From positions 572,660 through 602,371 of the forward strand of contig BLSG01000402.1 of the NCBI GenBank assembly GCA_012862495.1: a stretch of DNA of 29,712 nucleotides, read 5' to 3'. Shown in pieces: positions 12,501 to 21,909 of the stretch. The notes below the pieces were generated by a model, which worked only from the letters and a program-made list of their open reading frames with translations, was not told where the DNA came from and made no database searches. Numbering within the stretch: position 1 is the stretch's first letter; each line of letters begins with the position of its first letter. Source of the stretch: Thraustochytrium aureum. Lineage: Eukaryota. A program made the translations under genes and the position numbers.

Positions 12501-12809
12501 ATGATTGAGTGGCGCAACCCCCTCAACAACCCCAACGTGAGCGCCGAGGTCAACGTGCTCGGCAAGGGGCCCTTCTTCATCCGGGTGGGCCGCATCCTCG
12601 CTGCTCGCGGTAAGTGCGACATTTGCGCAACTTGGCTCGCAGGTTTTGCTGCCTCCGTGCCTGGGTCCCAGAGCTGACTCTCCCGCGCCTCGGCCTGCTC
12701 AGCGCCCTTCGTGCTGCCTCTCGCCGCTGGCGGCGCCTGGCTCGTCTTCCCTGCGCTCACGCCGCAGTTCAAGGCTCGCTGGGGCCTTGGCCCCGCCGTG
12801 GAGGAATAG
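12501..12809 (+). CDS. 71-aa single-TM microprotein, two exons (12501-12609, 12703-12809); possibly a small respiratory-complex subunit (QCR10-like)
   Basis: ATG at 12501. Donor GTAAGT at 12610, branch-like GCTGAC at 12673-12678, acceptor CTCAG ending at 12702. The spliced product is MIEWRNPLNNPNVSAEVNVLGKGPFFIRVGRILAARAPFVLPLAAGGAWLVFPALTPQFKARWGLGPAVEE*. Third codon positions are strongly C/G-biased. The unspliced reading hits an in-frame TGA inside the intron. Confidence 0.8.
12610..12702 (+). other. Spliceosomal intron (93 nt, phase 1)
   Basis: GTAAGT donor, GCTGAC branch-like motif, pyrimidine-rich stretch and CAG acceptor. Confidence 0.8.
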
Positions 12810-12948
12810 ATTGCCTCTCGCGAGTGTAGGTTGGGCTAGAAATGGCCTTGCCTCGTTCTGAGAATCATAAGGTCAAGTGCACGAGATAGATTAGAGACTC
12901 GCCCGATTTTTTCAACCTTGTCGTTGGTGCGAAAGCGTGCCTTTCCAT

Positions 12949-13008
12949 CGCACGCCAACGCGCTCGCCAACGCGCACGCCAACGCGCTCGCCAACGCGCT
13001 CGCCAAAG
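12949..13008. repeat. 12-bp minisatellite x5 (CGC[A/T]CGCCAACG) in the convergent intergenic region
   Basis: Units start at 12949, 12961, 12973, 12985 and 12997 (the last ends AAAG). Confidence 0.95.
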
Positions 13009-13207
13009 CCATAGTCGTTTGCTTGGGATTGTAGCGTTCTGCAGCATAGGTGACTTGCAGGCAACCCGCGCGAGGAGGCCTATTTACGTCCCGACGCCCA
13101 AGGACAGCAGACCAGCTTGACAAGCAAGTGTGCCCGGGCCCCAGGCAGGTCGCCAAGCAGTGCGGAAACTCGAAAGGCTAAGGCGCCAATTTACATACTC
13201 TATGGAG

Positions 13208-15481
13208 CTAGTTTCGCAGCGCCGCAAGCTCGGCCTGCCAGAAATCAGGCCCCTGGAGCTCATCCGCGTCAGCTTTGCGGACGTTCTCCTCGACAAGCTT
13301 TGCAAAGTGCTGCTCGAAAGCCGCGTGGTCGCGAACAGCCTCCGCAGCGCCAAGCATGGCTCGTTCCGTAGCCCTCGTCGCTTGGTCAAGCGCGCCAAGC
13401 AGCGACCGCCGACGACCGAGCTCGGAAGGGTTTAGGGCCAGGCTGGGCCGCAAGGGCTCCCTGGAACGCGCTCGGAGCAACGGGCGAAACAAATCGCGCG
13501 CCGCGAGCCGCTCTGCCTGCGTGATTACAACGCCGTCGAGCGCAAGTGCAGAGCGAAAGTGAAAGACCAGCCACGGCCGGTACAGCTGCAGCTGCGTCAA
13601 CGGGTTGAACTGAAAGCGCACCGACTTGACACTTGCAGGGAGCGCCAGGGCGAGCGCGGCGAGATCACCAAGCGACCTCGTCTTGGCGTTGACCAGAGTG
13701 AGCGCCGAAACAGCTGGGAGGCGGCCAAGGCGCGGGAAAGCGTCACTCAACAGCGTGTCGACGGTGGCGTAGTGACAGACGACGCGGTCCACGTTGGCGG
13801 TGGTTTTTGGGCTATCAAGCGCCTCGTACGCGGTTCCATACACGACGATGCACCGGCCCCCTCTGCACTCGCCGTCGTTGACCTCCGAGACCTCAAAGTA
13901 GCTTTTTGCGGTTGTCGAGGCTAGCTCAATGTCCAAGAGCCGCTGCTCCACCACCGCAAGCTCGGCTTGGCGGACATAGGCGGCGTCCATCAGCTTGCGC
14001 TGCGTGACGAGCCACTTGCGCAGGGGGCACGACTGCTGACGGGCATTCTGCGGCCCGCCGCCCAGGTGCTGCTGCTCGTGCAGCTCGCATAGCGCAATCT
14101 GCCGCTCTTCAGCGCTCGCGATTGCGACGACGGCCGAACCCGCTCGCGCGCCAGCGGCGCCGCCCTTGGACCGCGACGCGCGCGCTTTGCCGAGCTGGAT
14201 CGCGTCGAGCTTCTCGGCGTCGCTGATGGCCACGCTGTCCAAGACCTTGAGCGACGGGATCCGCGAAGCGACCTCCACCCGCAGGGACTGGCCGCGCCGC
14301 GCCGCCTCTGCGGCCAGGCCCTCGTTCCCGTCGAGCATCAGCTCGCGAAGGAGTTTGCACCGGAAAACCGACCCCAGGGCGTCGACGGACTCGATGCTGT
14401 TGCTGCTCAGCAACAGATGCTTTAGCGCAGGGGCCTTGTCTACGTCGACGATTTGGACGATCTGGTTGCGCCGCGCGTTGATCTCGGTCAGGCACGGCAG
14501 CCCCCCGACCCCTTCTAGCCGAGTCAGTTGGTTTGCAGCGAGGTTGAGGACGCGCAGGGCGCTGAGCTGCTCGAGGCCTCCGATGCGAGCGATCTGGTTG
14601 GCGTGAAGGTCGAGGACATCCAACTCCTTGAGCGCCTCCAACCCGCGAAAGGACTCGAGGCGGTTGCGGCCCAACATCAGAACGCGAAGCGCGCTCAACG
14701 CCCCGAGGCCGTCCAGCTGTGTCAACTGATTGTTGTACATGTCCAGGAATACCAGGTTCTTGAGAGGGCCCAGGTTTCCAAGGCGGGAGATCGCGTTGTG
14801 CTGGAGATTCAGAAACTGTAGCCGCGCCTCGCCCTCTACGATCGGGACGGCCTTCAGCCCCCGCCTGTCTAGGTTGAGCCGTTCGGGGCACTTGTCGCGC
14901 GCCTCTGCCGTTCTATACGCCACAGTCGCCCCATTGGATTCGGCGAGAACTAAACCCGCCGAGTCTGCGCGGGGTGCGAGCGGCCTTTGCAGGCTGCCGC
15001 TTTCCGTTCTCCGCCACTCCTCGTCTTCATCCTGGTTGCTCGACGCCCGCAACGCCACTCGTAAGCCGGATTCTGACTGCGGCTGCTGTCTCCGGTCCTC
15101 CTGGGCGCGAGCCGAGGCGGAAGCGCCGAAAGGCGCGGCTGCGGTCGCGGGTTTGCTAGCGTTTGAGTGGCCACGTTTCGAGCGAGCTGCATCAGAGCGG
15201 ACGACCGCTCCACTGACCGCTCCACTGTTGCTTTTGCTCCTGGCCGTCTGCTGCAGCAGAGTAGTAGAGCCTGCCCACCGCGGGAGCGGACCGGCCCGCT
15301 CCCCGCTCCGCTTTCCTGCGTCCACCTTTTGGCGGCTCGCCTCCTCTGCTTGCGAGACCCCTGTGTGCGATGCGGGGCTGTCTCGAGACCGCGCAGCTTT
15401 GGCCGAGCCTGGCCGGCAGACCCTATCAGGCACAATCCTGGGGGTCTGGCGCCCGTGCGCTTGCCTGTGGACGACGGAAGC
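13208..15481 (-). CDS. LRRC49: Leucine-rich repeat protein LRRC49-like (tubulin polyglutamylase complex/centriolar satellite subunit); 5' end hidden in the gap or an upstream exon
   Basis: ERLNLDRRGLKAVPIVEGEARLQFLNLQHNAISRLGNL...FLDMYNNQL...LRVLMLGRNRL...LDVLDLHANQI...LRVLNLAANQL...LTEINARRNQI matches the LRRC49 LRR block as I recall it. The C-terminal NPLTQLQLYRPWLVFHF...LDGVVIT also fits. There is no in-frame ATG before the LRRs in the visible sequence, and a likely acceptor (TCCACAG) ends at 15465 on the minus strand. Confidence 0.88.
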   Translation of the reverse strand, partial: ASVVHRQAHGRQTPRIVPDRVCRPGSAKAARSRDSPASHTGVSQAEEASRQKVDAGKRSGERAGPLPRWAGSTTLLQQTARSKSNSGAVSGAVVRSDAARSKRGHSNASKPATAAAPFGASASARAQEDRRQQPQSESGLRVALRASSNQDEDEEWRRTESGSLQRPLAPRADSAGLVLAESNGATVAYRTAEARDKCPERLNLDRRGLKAVPIVEGEARLQFLNLQHNAISRLGNLGPLKNLVFLDMYNNQLTQLDGLGALSALRVLMLGRNRLESFRGLEALKELDVLDLHANQIARIGGLEQLSALRVLNLAANQLTRLEGVGGLPCLTEINARRNQIVQIVDVDKAPALKHLLLSSNSIESVDALGSVFRCKLLRELMLDGNEGLAAEAARRGQSLRVEVASRIPSLKVLDSVAISDAEKLDAIQLGKARASRSKGGAAGARAGSAVVAIASAEERQIALCELHEQQHLGGGPQNARQQSCPLRKWLVTQRKLMDAAYVRQAELAVVEQRLLDIELASTTAKSYFEVSEVNDGECRGGRCIVVYGTAYEALDSPKTTANVDRVVCHYATVDTLLSDAFPRLGRLPAVSALTLVNAKTRSLGDLAALALALPASVKSVRFQFNPLTQLQLYRPWLVFHFRSALALDGVVITQAERLAARDLFRPLLRARSREPLRPSLALNPSELGRRRSLLGALDQATRATERAMLGAAEAVRDHAAFEQHFAKLVEENVRKADADELQGPDFWQAELAALRN

Positions 15482-15816
15482 NNNNNNNNNNNNNNNNNNN
15501 NNNNNNNNNNNNNNNNNNNNNNNNNNNNNNNNNNNNNNNNNNNNNNNNNNNNNNNNNNNNNNNNNNNNNNNNNNNNNNNNNNNNNNNNNNNNNNNNNNNN
15601 NNNNNNNNNNNNNNNNNNNNNNNNNNNNNNNNNNNNNNNNNNNNNNNNNNNNNNNNNNNNNNNNNNNNNNNNNNNNNNNNNNNNNNNNNNNNNNNNNNNN
15701 NNNNNNNNNNNNNNNNNNNNNNNNNNNNNNNNNNNNNNNNNNNNNNNNNNNNNNNNNNNNNNNNNNNNNNNNNNNNNNNNNNNNNNNNNNNNNNNNNNNN
15801 NNNNNNNNNNNNNNNN
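15482..15816. other. Assembly gap or masked region (335 N)
   Basis: Run of N between the divergent LRRC49 and glycosyltransferase genes. Confidence 1.
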
Positions 15817-16208
15817 TTCCAGAGAGCATTCCTTTGCTCCGTGAGAACGGGGAATGGCTCGTTGATCCTTGCTCCTTTTTCCCCTACGTGTACTGTAGGC
15901 CTACTTACTCTACATTATACTACATAGGCCATGAAAGAATCTATTCGTTGCTCTGCATGTAGAGTCCGACCTGTGGCAGGGATCGGCTCTTTGTTCTTTT
16001 GATCTCAAGATTCTCTTTTTCACCACGCGGCCATTCCAATGGCTGCAGTGTGCGCCAAGGGCAACTGTTGAGGTACTTTCGCGGCGCGAAGCGAAGCGGG
16101 CCGCCACCCGTGGCCGCGCTGAGGCCACTGTGGTAGCCTGTGCTGCCTACGACGCGCCTGTCGGTTGATGCGGCGGCTTTGGGTGGCCGGCCACTTCGGG
16201 GGAGCGGG

Positions 16209-19200
16209 ATGAGGCTCACGTTCAACAGGCGGTCGCAGCGCCTTGTTGTGGTGGCGTTGCTCGCCGCGTTCGCGGTGCTTTTCAGTCAGCGTGTGCCGCT
16301 TCCCAGTGAACGCGGACGCGGGCACAGGGTTCAAGTTCGCAAGTTTGGCGTCCCGCGCAGCGCGAAATTGACCGGCCGGGTTGAGGGCCGTCCCCTCCGT
16401 CGTCAAGTGGCGCAGATCGGATACCTTGTCGAGGAAGAGATTACGGACGAGCGCGCTCTGCAAAGCTTCGAACGCCTCGTCGACCCCTTGCATGGTGTTT
16501 TCTCGTGCGCAGAGTCGCAGACCTCCAGCGGCGCCAACGGTGCTGAGGCACGCGTTTCTGCCCCTCACTTGTTCGTTCAGGCAGCGAATGAGGACCTCGG
16601 AACGAGAGCAGAGTCAATCTGTCCCGGGCAAGTACACGCGCACGTGGTTTCTCCAACCAACCGTACCGAGCCGGTCCCACGCTTGCAAGGTGCAATTGAG
16701 CTGGCCCTGCGCACGTTCACCGGCATTGTCGGCGTGGTCCTGCTTCCGCGCAACGCGATCCCGACCGTGACCTGGCGCGACCTCTCGGAGTCCGGCTTTT
16801 GGGAGACCGGCGTCCTGTCAAACGGCGCCAACTTTCAGCAAGACCTTGGAATCACGATCTTTCCCCGCGCTGATTTGGACGAGGCGCTTGCGACTTTTCG
16901 CACCACGTATGCAACGAAAGGGCAGAAATCGGCCCTGATGGTCTTCGCCAAGCCGGGCAAGGAGCGCCACCGCGCTTTGCTGGGCGTTCGTTGGTCGCAC
17001 ATGGAGCGAAACTACCTCGCGCTTCAGGATGGCCCCACGTCCCACCTGCCCACCTCGCTGGGAGACGCTCGACTGCCCTCTATTTCGCAGGCCCCAGACA
17101 AGTGGGAGGCCTGCTTCCGCGAAGCGGAGCTACACGGCGAGCTCAACATGGCGAGCAACGGCCTTGAGCGAGCTCGTGTCAAGTCTGGCGTCGCCGCTGT
17201 AATTGCCGCCCTACGGAGCTTGGCCGACAAGCCCCCGCCAGAGCCAGCCCCGCTCGGCTCGCGCTGGCGCCCAAGGCTTGACGCCGAGGCCGTCCTCATG
17301 GTTGCTCCTGTGCAAGGCGCTTGGGACGCCCAAGTGCTCGACCGTTTGCTCCGGAGTAGCGTGCTCGTGCTTCTGCGGCACGACATGCCGCACCGTGTGC
17401 TGGTGTCTGCAACCCGCCAAGCGTGGGACACCCCAGACGTACGTAGACGCATCGATGGCCTCATTGCCGACTTTGGCGGCCTTGTGCTGGCAGTGCCACA
17501 AGCTGCCGCGCCGCTGGCGGGCTGCGCCGTCGGGTCGGACGACCCGTTCCTGGAGCTTGTCGCGTTCTCGTACGCCCTCGAGCACAACATGGACTTTTTC
17601 TCGGCCATCACGCTTGACACGCGCAGACTCCCGCTGAGGTCGGCGGTTGATCTTGCGGTGGCCTTGACGGACCGCAAGCTCCTCGTCCGCGAGCCGGTCG
17701 CGCATTCTCGTGAAGAGTTTGCGGCGACGGCCAAGGCCTATGACTGGTCTTACCAAGTAGGCCTGCACCTGAGCCGATACGCGCTCGAGCGAGCGCCACG
17801 ATGGCTTATCTCGGTGCACTGCGAGCTCGCCGCCTTTAGGAGCAAGTTCGCGGAAGGCGCGGTTCGCTCTGCTACGCGGGAGCTATTCATATTTCGCGGG
17901 GCCAAGTCCCTCTCGCGGCACACGCTGTTCAAATTGCTTGTCACAAACAACGCTGCGTTGCAAGCAGCACTTGAGTCGCTCTCGTGGGCACCCGCGGGGG
18001 TCATTCTTCCCACGATTCTCCACACCATGACAAAGATGGGTGTCGACTACGTCGAGAGGCCGCTTTCGCCCCCGACGTCCTGGGGAAGGTCGCTCCAAAT
18101 TGCCCGTTCGCGGGGCGACTTTGCGTTGTGGTTGCGCAAAGCCCCGTACGATGATGATGATCTCATTTTCAGCCCTCGCGGGCTTCTGCGCGACCCAGCC
18201 GACATTGCCGAGTTTGAGGGCGAAATGGCGCGCTTGCACTCGGAGAGCGGCCAGCGGTCTTGGGCCCGCGGGTCGAGTCTGCCGAGTAAACTGCCAAGTG
18301 CACGGCCAAGTGCACCGCTGGGTGCACCGCTAGGTGCTCTGCCGAGTGCTCTTCATGCCATTAGGTTGCGCGAGAGCGGCAACGCATTCAACCACCTTCA
18401 CGCCACGGCGTTCAACTCATCGGCCCCATCAGAAGGCCGCGAGACGGTCATGGAGATGATCGGATCTCTCACTCGCGAGTCAACAAGCGTGTCCGCAAAG
18501 GAAGGGGAAGGTGGGGATATCGTGATTGTCGTGGTGGGTTGCTCCTGTGAGGACTACGAACGGATCAAGCTGTTAACCGGTTGGCGACGGAGTGCCCTGC
18601 TCGGCGAGCGCTTCCTCCTGAATATGGATGCCAGAGCGTGGGAGGACGACGCTTGCAACGCGGACCTCGCCGTGTTGGAGCGGGCGCAGGCCGGGCTTGA
18701 CAGCGGCGCCAAGCTCCGAATCGTGCCCCGCGGCCAGTCTTTGAAGGGCGGCCTGCGCGGCGTGTCCCAATTGCACAAAGAGCTGATCAGCTACATGATT
18801 GCGCTTCGCGCGTTCCCGACAGCCTCGCACGTGGCGCTCATCTCGGCCACCTCGGTGCCGATCAAGCCCATGGCAGCCATTTCGGAAGTGCTTGCTGCCG
18901 GGACACTCGTACCTTGACATGAACCCAGTTCACAGCGCGGAGATCGACTCGCGCTTCGGTTCATACTTCACGGATACTGACGGATTTGTCTCCCGTGGAC
19001 CGAAGCGCCTCCTTCCAGATAGCGACCGACGCTTTCAGCACCTTGCCAGGGGCTCGCAATGGAAGGTGGTGTCGCGCAGTGCCCTGTTGCAGCTGTTTGT
19101 TGGCAAGCGCCGCGACGATTTGTTGCGCCTGCTTGGATTCATGGGGCGCGCCCTGGACCCTGCAGAGCACCTGTTGCCGACCCTCTTTCTCAAGGATGCG

Positions 19201-19413
19201 GTCGTTGGCGGCCGCAAGCTTGGCCCCACCAACTACAACAACCAGGCGGACTCTGGGTTTTACCCTTTATTCGCTGACTGGGACAAGCGCGGCCTGCATG
19301 CCGCGGGCAAGCTGTCTAATAGGGATGCGTTCGGGGCTTGCACGCTGTTCTTGCGCAACGTCGATGATAAGCGCGCGTATCGCGACATCCTCGCCTCCAC
19401 CCCTGCCCACTGA
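16209..19413 (+). CDS. Type II membrane glycosyltransferase with two GT14 (core-2/I-branching)-like domains; +1 frame break at ~18900
   Basis: ATG at 16209 gives MRLTFNRRSQR-LVVVALLAAFAVLF, a basic tail plus signal anchor. The C-terminal domain reads HVALISATSVPIKP...[shift]...GHSYLD...ARGSQWKVVSR...DPAEHLLPTLF...FADW...LFLRNVD, matching the GT14 motifs LS..P / GSQW..LSR / PDE..F.T / LFARK. A more degenerate copy lies at ~17283-18200. Confidence 0.7.
18279..18352 (+). repeat. Degenerate 12-bp coding repeat (LPSK-LPSA-RPSA-PLGA-PLGA-LPSA) in the inter-domain linker
   Basis: ctgccgagtaaa ctgccaagtgca cggccaagtgca ccgctgggtgca ccgctaggtgct ctgccgagtgct. Confidence 0.8.
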
Positions 19414-19423
19414 TCACGGAAAT

Positions 19424-19554
19424 NNNNNNNNNNNNNNNNNNNNNNNNNNNNNNNNNNNNNNNNNNNNNNNNNNNNNNNNNNNNNNNNNNNNNNNNNNNNN
19501 NNNNNNNNNNNNNNNNNNNNNNNNNNNNNNNNNNNNNNNNNNNNNNNNNNNNNN
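19424..19554. other. Assembly gap or masked region (131 N)
   Basis: Run of N between the glycosyltransferase stop and HACL1. Confidence 1.
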
Positions 19555-19625
19555 CGCCCACAGAGGTCCATTTCGGTGCACGTTGAGGGTTGGTCCCTGC
19601 TCCGAGTCGTGGCGCATCGCTCCGC

Positions 19626-19645
19626 GATCGATCGATCGATCGATC
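19626..19645. repeat. (GATC)5 self-complementary microsatellite upstream of HACL1
   Basis: gatcgatcgatcgatcgatc read directly from the sequence. Confidence 0.95.
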
Positions 19646-19860
19646 AGCCCAGATGGGACGCCTCTACTTGCTGTAGTTGGCCGAGCCGAAAGGCAAGGGT
19701 CGGCATGAAAGCAGGATCATCATGGGCGGATCTTGCTCTCCAGACCAGACCCCGAACGAGTCGCATCCTGCGCTGCGGTCGGCGATCGAGACGCGGTGAG
19801 CACAGGCGCCGGAACGCAGAGAGTCGCAGGAAGGAGCGAGACGAGTGGGGAAAAGGGAAG

Positions 19861-21700
19861 ATGGCGATGGCAGGCAGCGGAGAAGGGGCCACGGTGGTGG
19901 CCAAGGCGCTCAAGTCGCAAGGCGTTGAGTTTGTGTTCGGCGTTGTCGGCGTGCCTGTGATCGAGGTCGGGGCCGCCTGCATGGCGGAGGGACTCAAGTT
20001 CATTGGGTGCAGGAACGAGCAGGCTGCGTCTTACGCGGCCGGCGCCGTAGGGTACATGACCGGCACCCCTGGCGTTTGCCTCGTGGTACGTTGAGCGGAA
20101 CCAGAAGGCTTGCTTTTGCGCTCCCGCGCGCGGCCCCTTGTCTCGGCCCTTTGCGCGGCCTCGCTGAAGCGTTTGCCTGACTGAATCGCGTCCACAGGTT
20201 TCAGGTCCCGGCGTTGTACACGCCCTTGCAGGCCTCGCGAACGCCCAGCAGAACTGCTGGCCGATGATCGTCATCGGGGGCGCGAGCGACCTGACGCTCA
20301 ACTCGCGCGGAGCCTTCCAGGAGTCCCCGCAAGTCGAGTACGCGCGCCCGTATGTCAAGTACGCCGCGCAGTTTGACAGCCTGGAACGCGTCCCGTACTA
20401 CGTGGAAAAGGCGATCCGCACGGCCACCTACGGCCGCCCCGGCGCGGTATACCTGGACCTGCCGGGCAACTTTGTCAACCAGCCCCCCGACGAGGCTACT
20501 CTGGTGTACCCGCCCCGTGTGCTGCCGCCGCCCGTGTCGGTCGCGGATCCGGCTCAGGTCAAGGTCGCGGTGGCAGCTCTGCGCCAGGCGCGCCGGCCGC
20601 TGATCGTCGTTGGGAAGGGGGCGGCCTACGGGCGCGCTGACCGCGAGCTACGCCAGCTCGTCGAGCTGACGGGGATCCCGTTCCTGCCAACGCCGATGGG
20701 CAAAGGCTGCATCCCGGACGACCACGAGCTGTGCGTTGCGCCGGCACGGAGCACTGCTCTCCGCACGGCGGACGTGATCGTCCTGTGCGGGGCCCGGCTG
20801 AACTGGATCCTGCACTTTGGGATGGCCCCCCGGTTCGCCAAAGACGTCAAGATCATCCAGATCGACATCAGCCCGGAGGAGTTTGGCAACAACTTGGTCC
20901 CCCACGCGTCTCTGTGCGGGCAGATCAAGGCTGTCGCTGGCCAGCTCGTGCAGGAGGTGCGCGCTTCCTCGTTTCCGCAGCTCAACCGGTCCAACAGCAG
21001 TTGGTGGGCCACGCTGGGCGACAAGGTGGCAAAGAACTTGGCCGTGAGCGAGGAGATGATGGCCGACCGCTCGGCCCCGATGAACTACTATTGCTGCTTT
21101 GCGGAGATCCAGCGCGTCCTGGAGGACGGCTATCGCGACGCGATCATTTGCGCGGAGGGCGCGAACAGCATGGACATTGGCCGCACGATCCTGAAAAACT
21201 ACCTCCCGCGCCACCGGCTGGATGCTGGCTCGTACGGGACGATGGGCGTCGGTCTCGGATTCGCCCTTGCCGCTGCGCTCGTCCATCCTGACAAGCACGT
21301 TCTCTGCGTGGAGGGCGACAGCGCGTTCGGGTTTAGCGGGATGGAGGTCGAGACGGCCTGCAGGTACCGGCTAAGCAACATCACGTTCGTGATTGTCAAC
21401 AATTCGGGGATCGGGATCGGGCTCCCCATCGACGGCGAGACCTCCGAGGAGCGCCTCGGGGGCGGCGTGCCGGCCACCTCCCTTTCCGGAGGCGAGGAGA
21501 GCCACTACGAGCGCGTGATCGAGGGTTTTGGCGGCAAGGGGTTCTTTGTCGACACGCCGGATGCGATTGCGCCAACGCTGCGAGAGGCCATGGCGCACCC
21601 GATGCCCTGCATTGTCAACATCCAGATCAACCCGTTCGCTGGGCGCAAAAAGCAAGAGTTCACGTGGCTGACGCGCGACCAGCCGAAGAGCAGCCTGTAG
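19861..21700 (+). CDS. HACL1: 2-hydroxyacyl-CoA lyase (ThDP-dependent, fatty-acid alpha-oxidation), two exons (19861-20085, 20198-21700), 575 aa
   Basis: Exon 1 encodes [25 protein letters not shown]...[24 protein letters not shown]. Splicing restores [25 protein letters not shown]. Exon 2 has [30 protein letters not shown], the ThDP motif [11 protein letters not shown]...NN, and C-terminal [10 protein letters not shown]...SSL (PTS1-like). Confidence 0.96.
20086..20197 (+). other. Spliceosomal intron (112 nt, phase 0)
   Basis: GTACGT donor, CCTGAC branch-like motif at 20176-20181 and TCCACAG acceptor. Removing it restores the conserved CLVVSGPG. Confidence 0.95.
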
Positions 21701-21909
21701 CGAACAAGCTGCCCAGGGCTCTCGAGCTGCTCGCCAAGCCCAGGCAGGCGCAAGTACCAACCAATCTTATTTACTCGCTGAATTTCAGGAGAGCGGGCTT
21801 GAGAGAAACACACCAGGTTGTTGCTGCGTAGGTACCTAATTCACATGCAGAATTGCTCGCACGAGCGTGGCAGCCCTTCGATGGCCCGCCCAACACATAC
21901 TCGTGCTAC

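Noticed and set aside
11123..12508. Long ORFs spanning N runs (here and at the other gaps)
   Set aside because: Artefacts of translating through Ns.
12949..13008. CRISPR-like array
   Set aside because: Contiguous 12-bp units with no spacers, no cas genes and a eukaryotic context.
19861..21700. Bacterial oxalyl-CoA decarboxylase or acetolactate synthase, or bacterial contamination
   Set aside because: The spliceosomal intron, the [12 protein letters not shown] and RK.Q.F.WLT motifs and the PTS1-like C-terminus fit eukaryotic HACL1.
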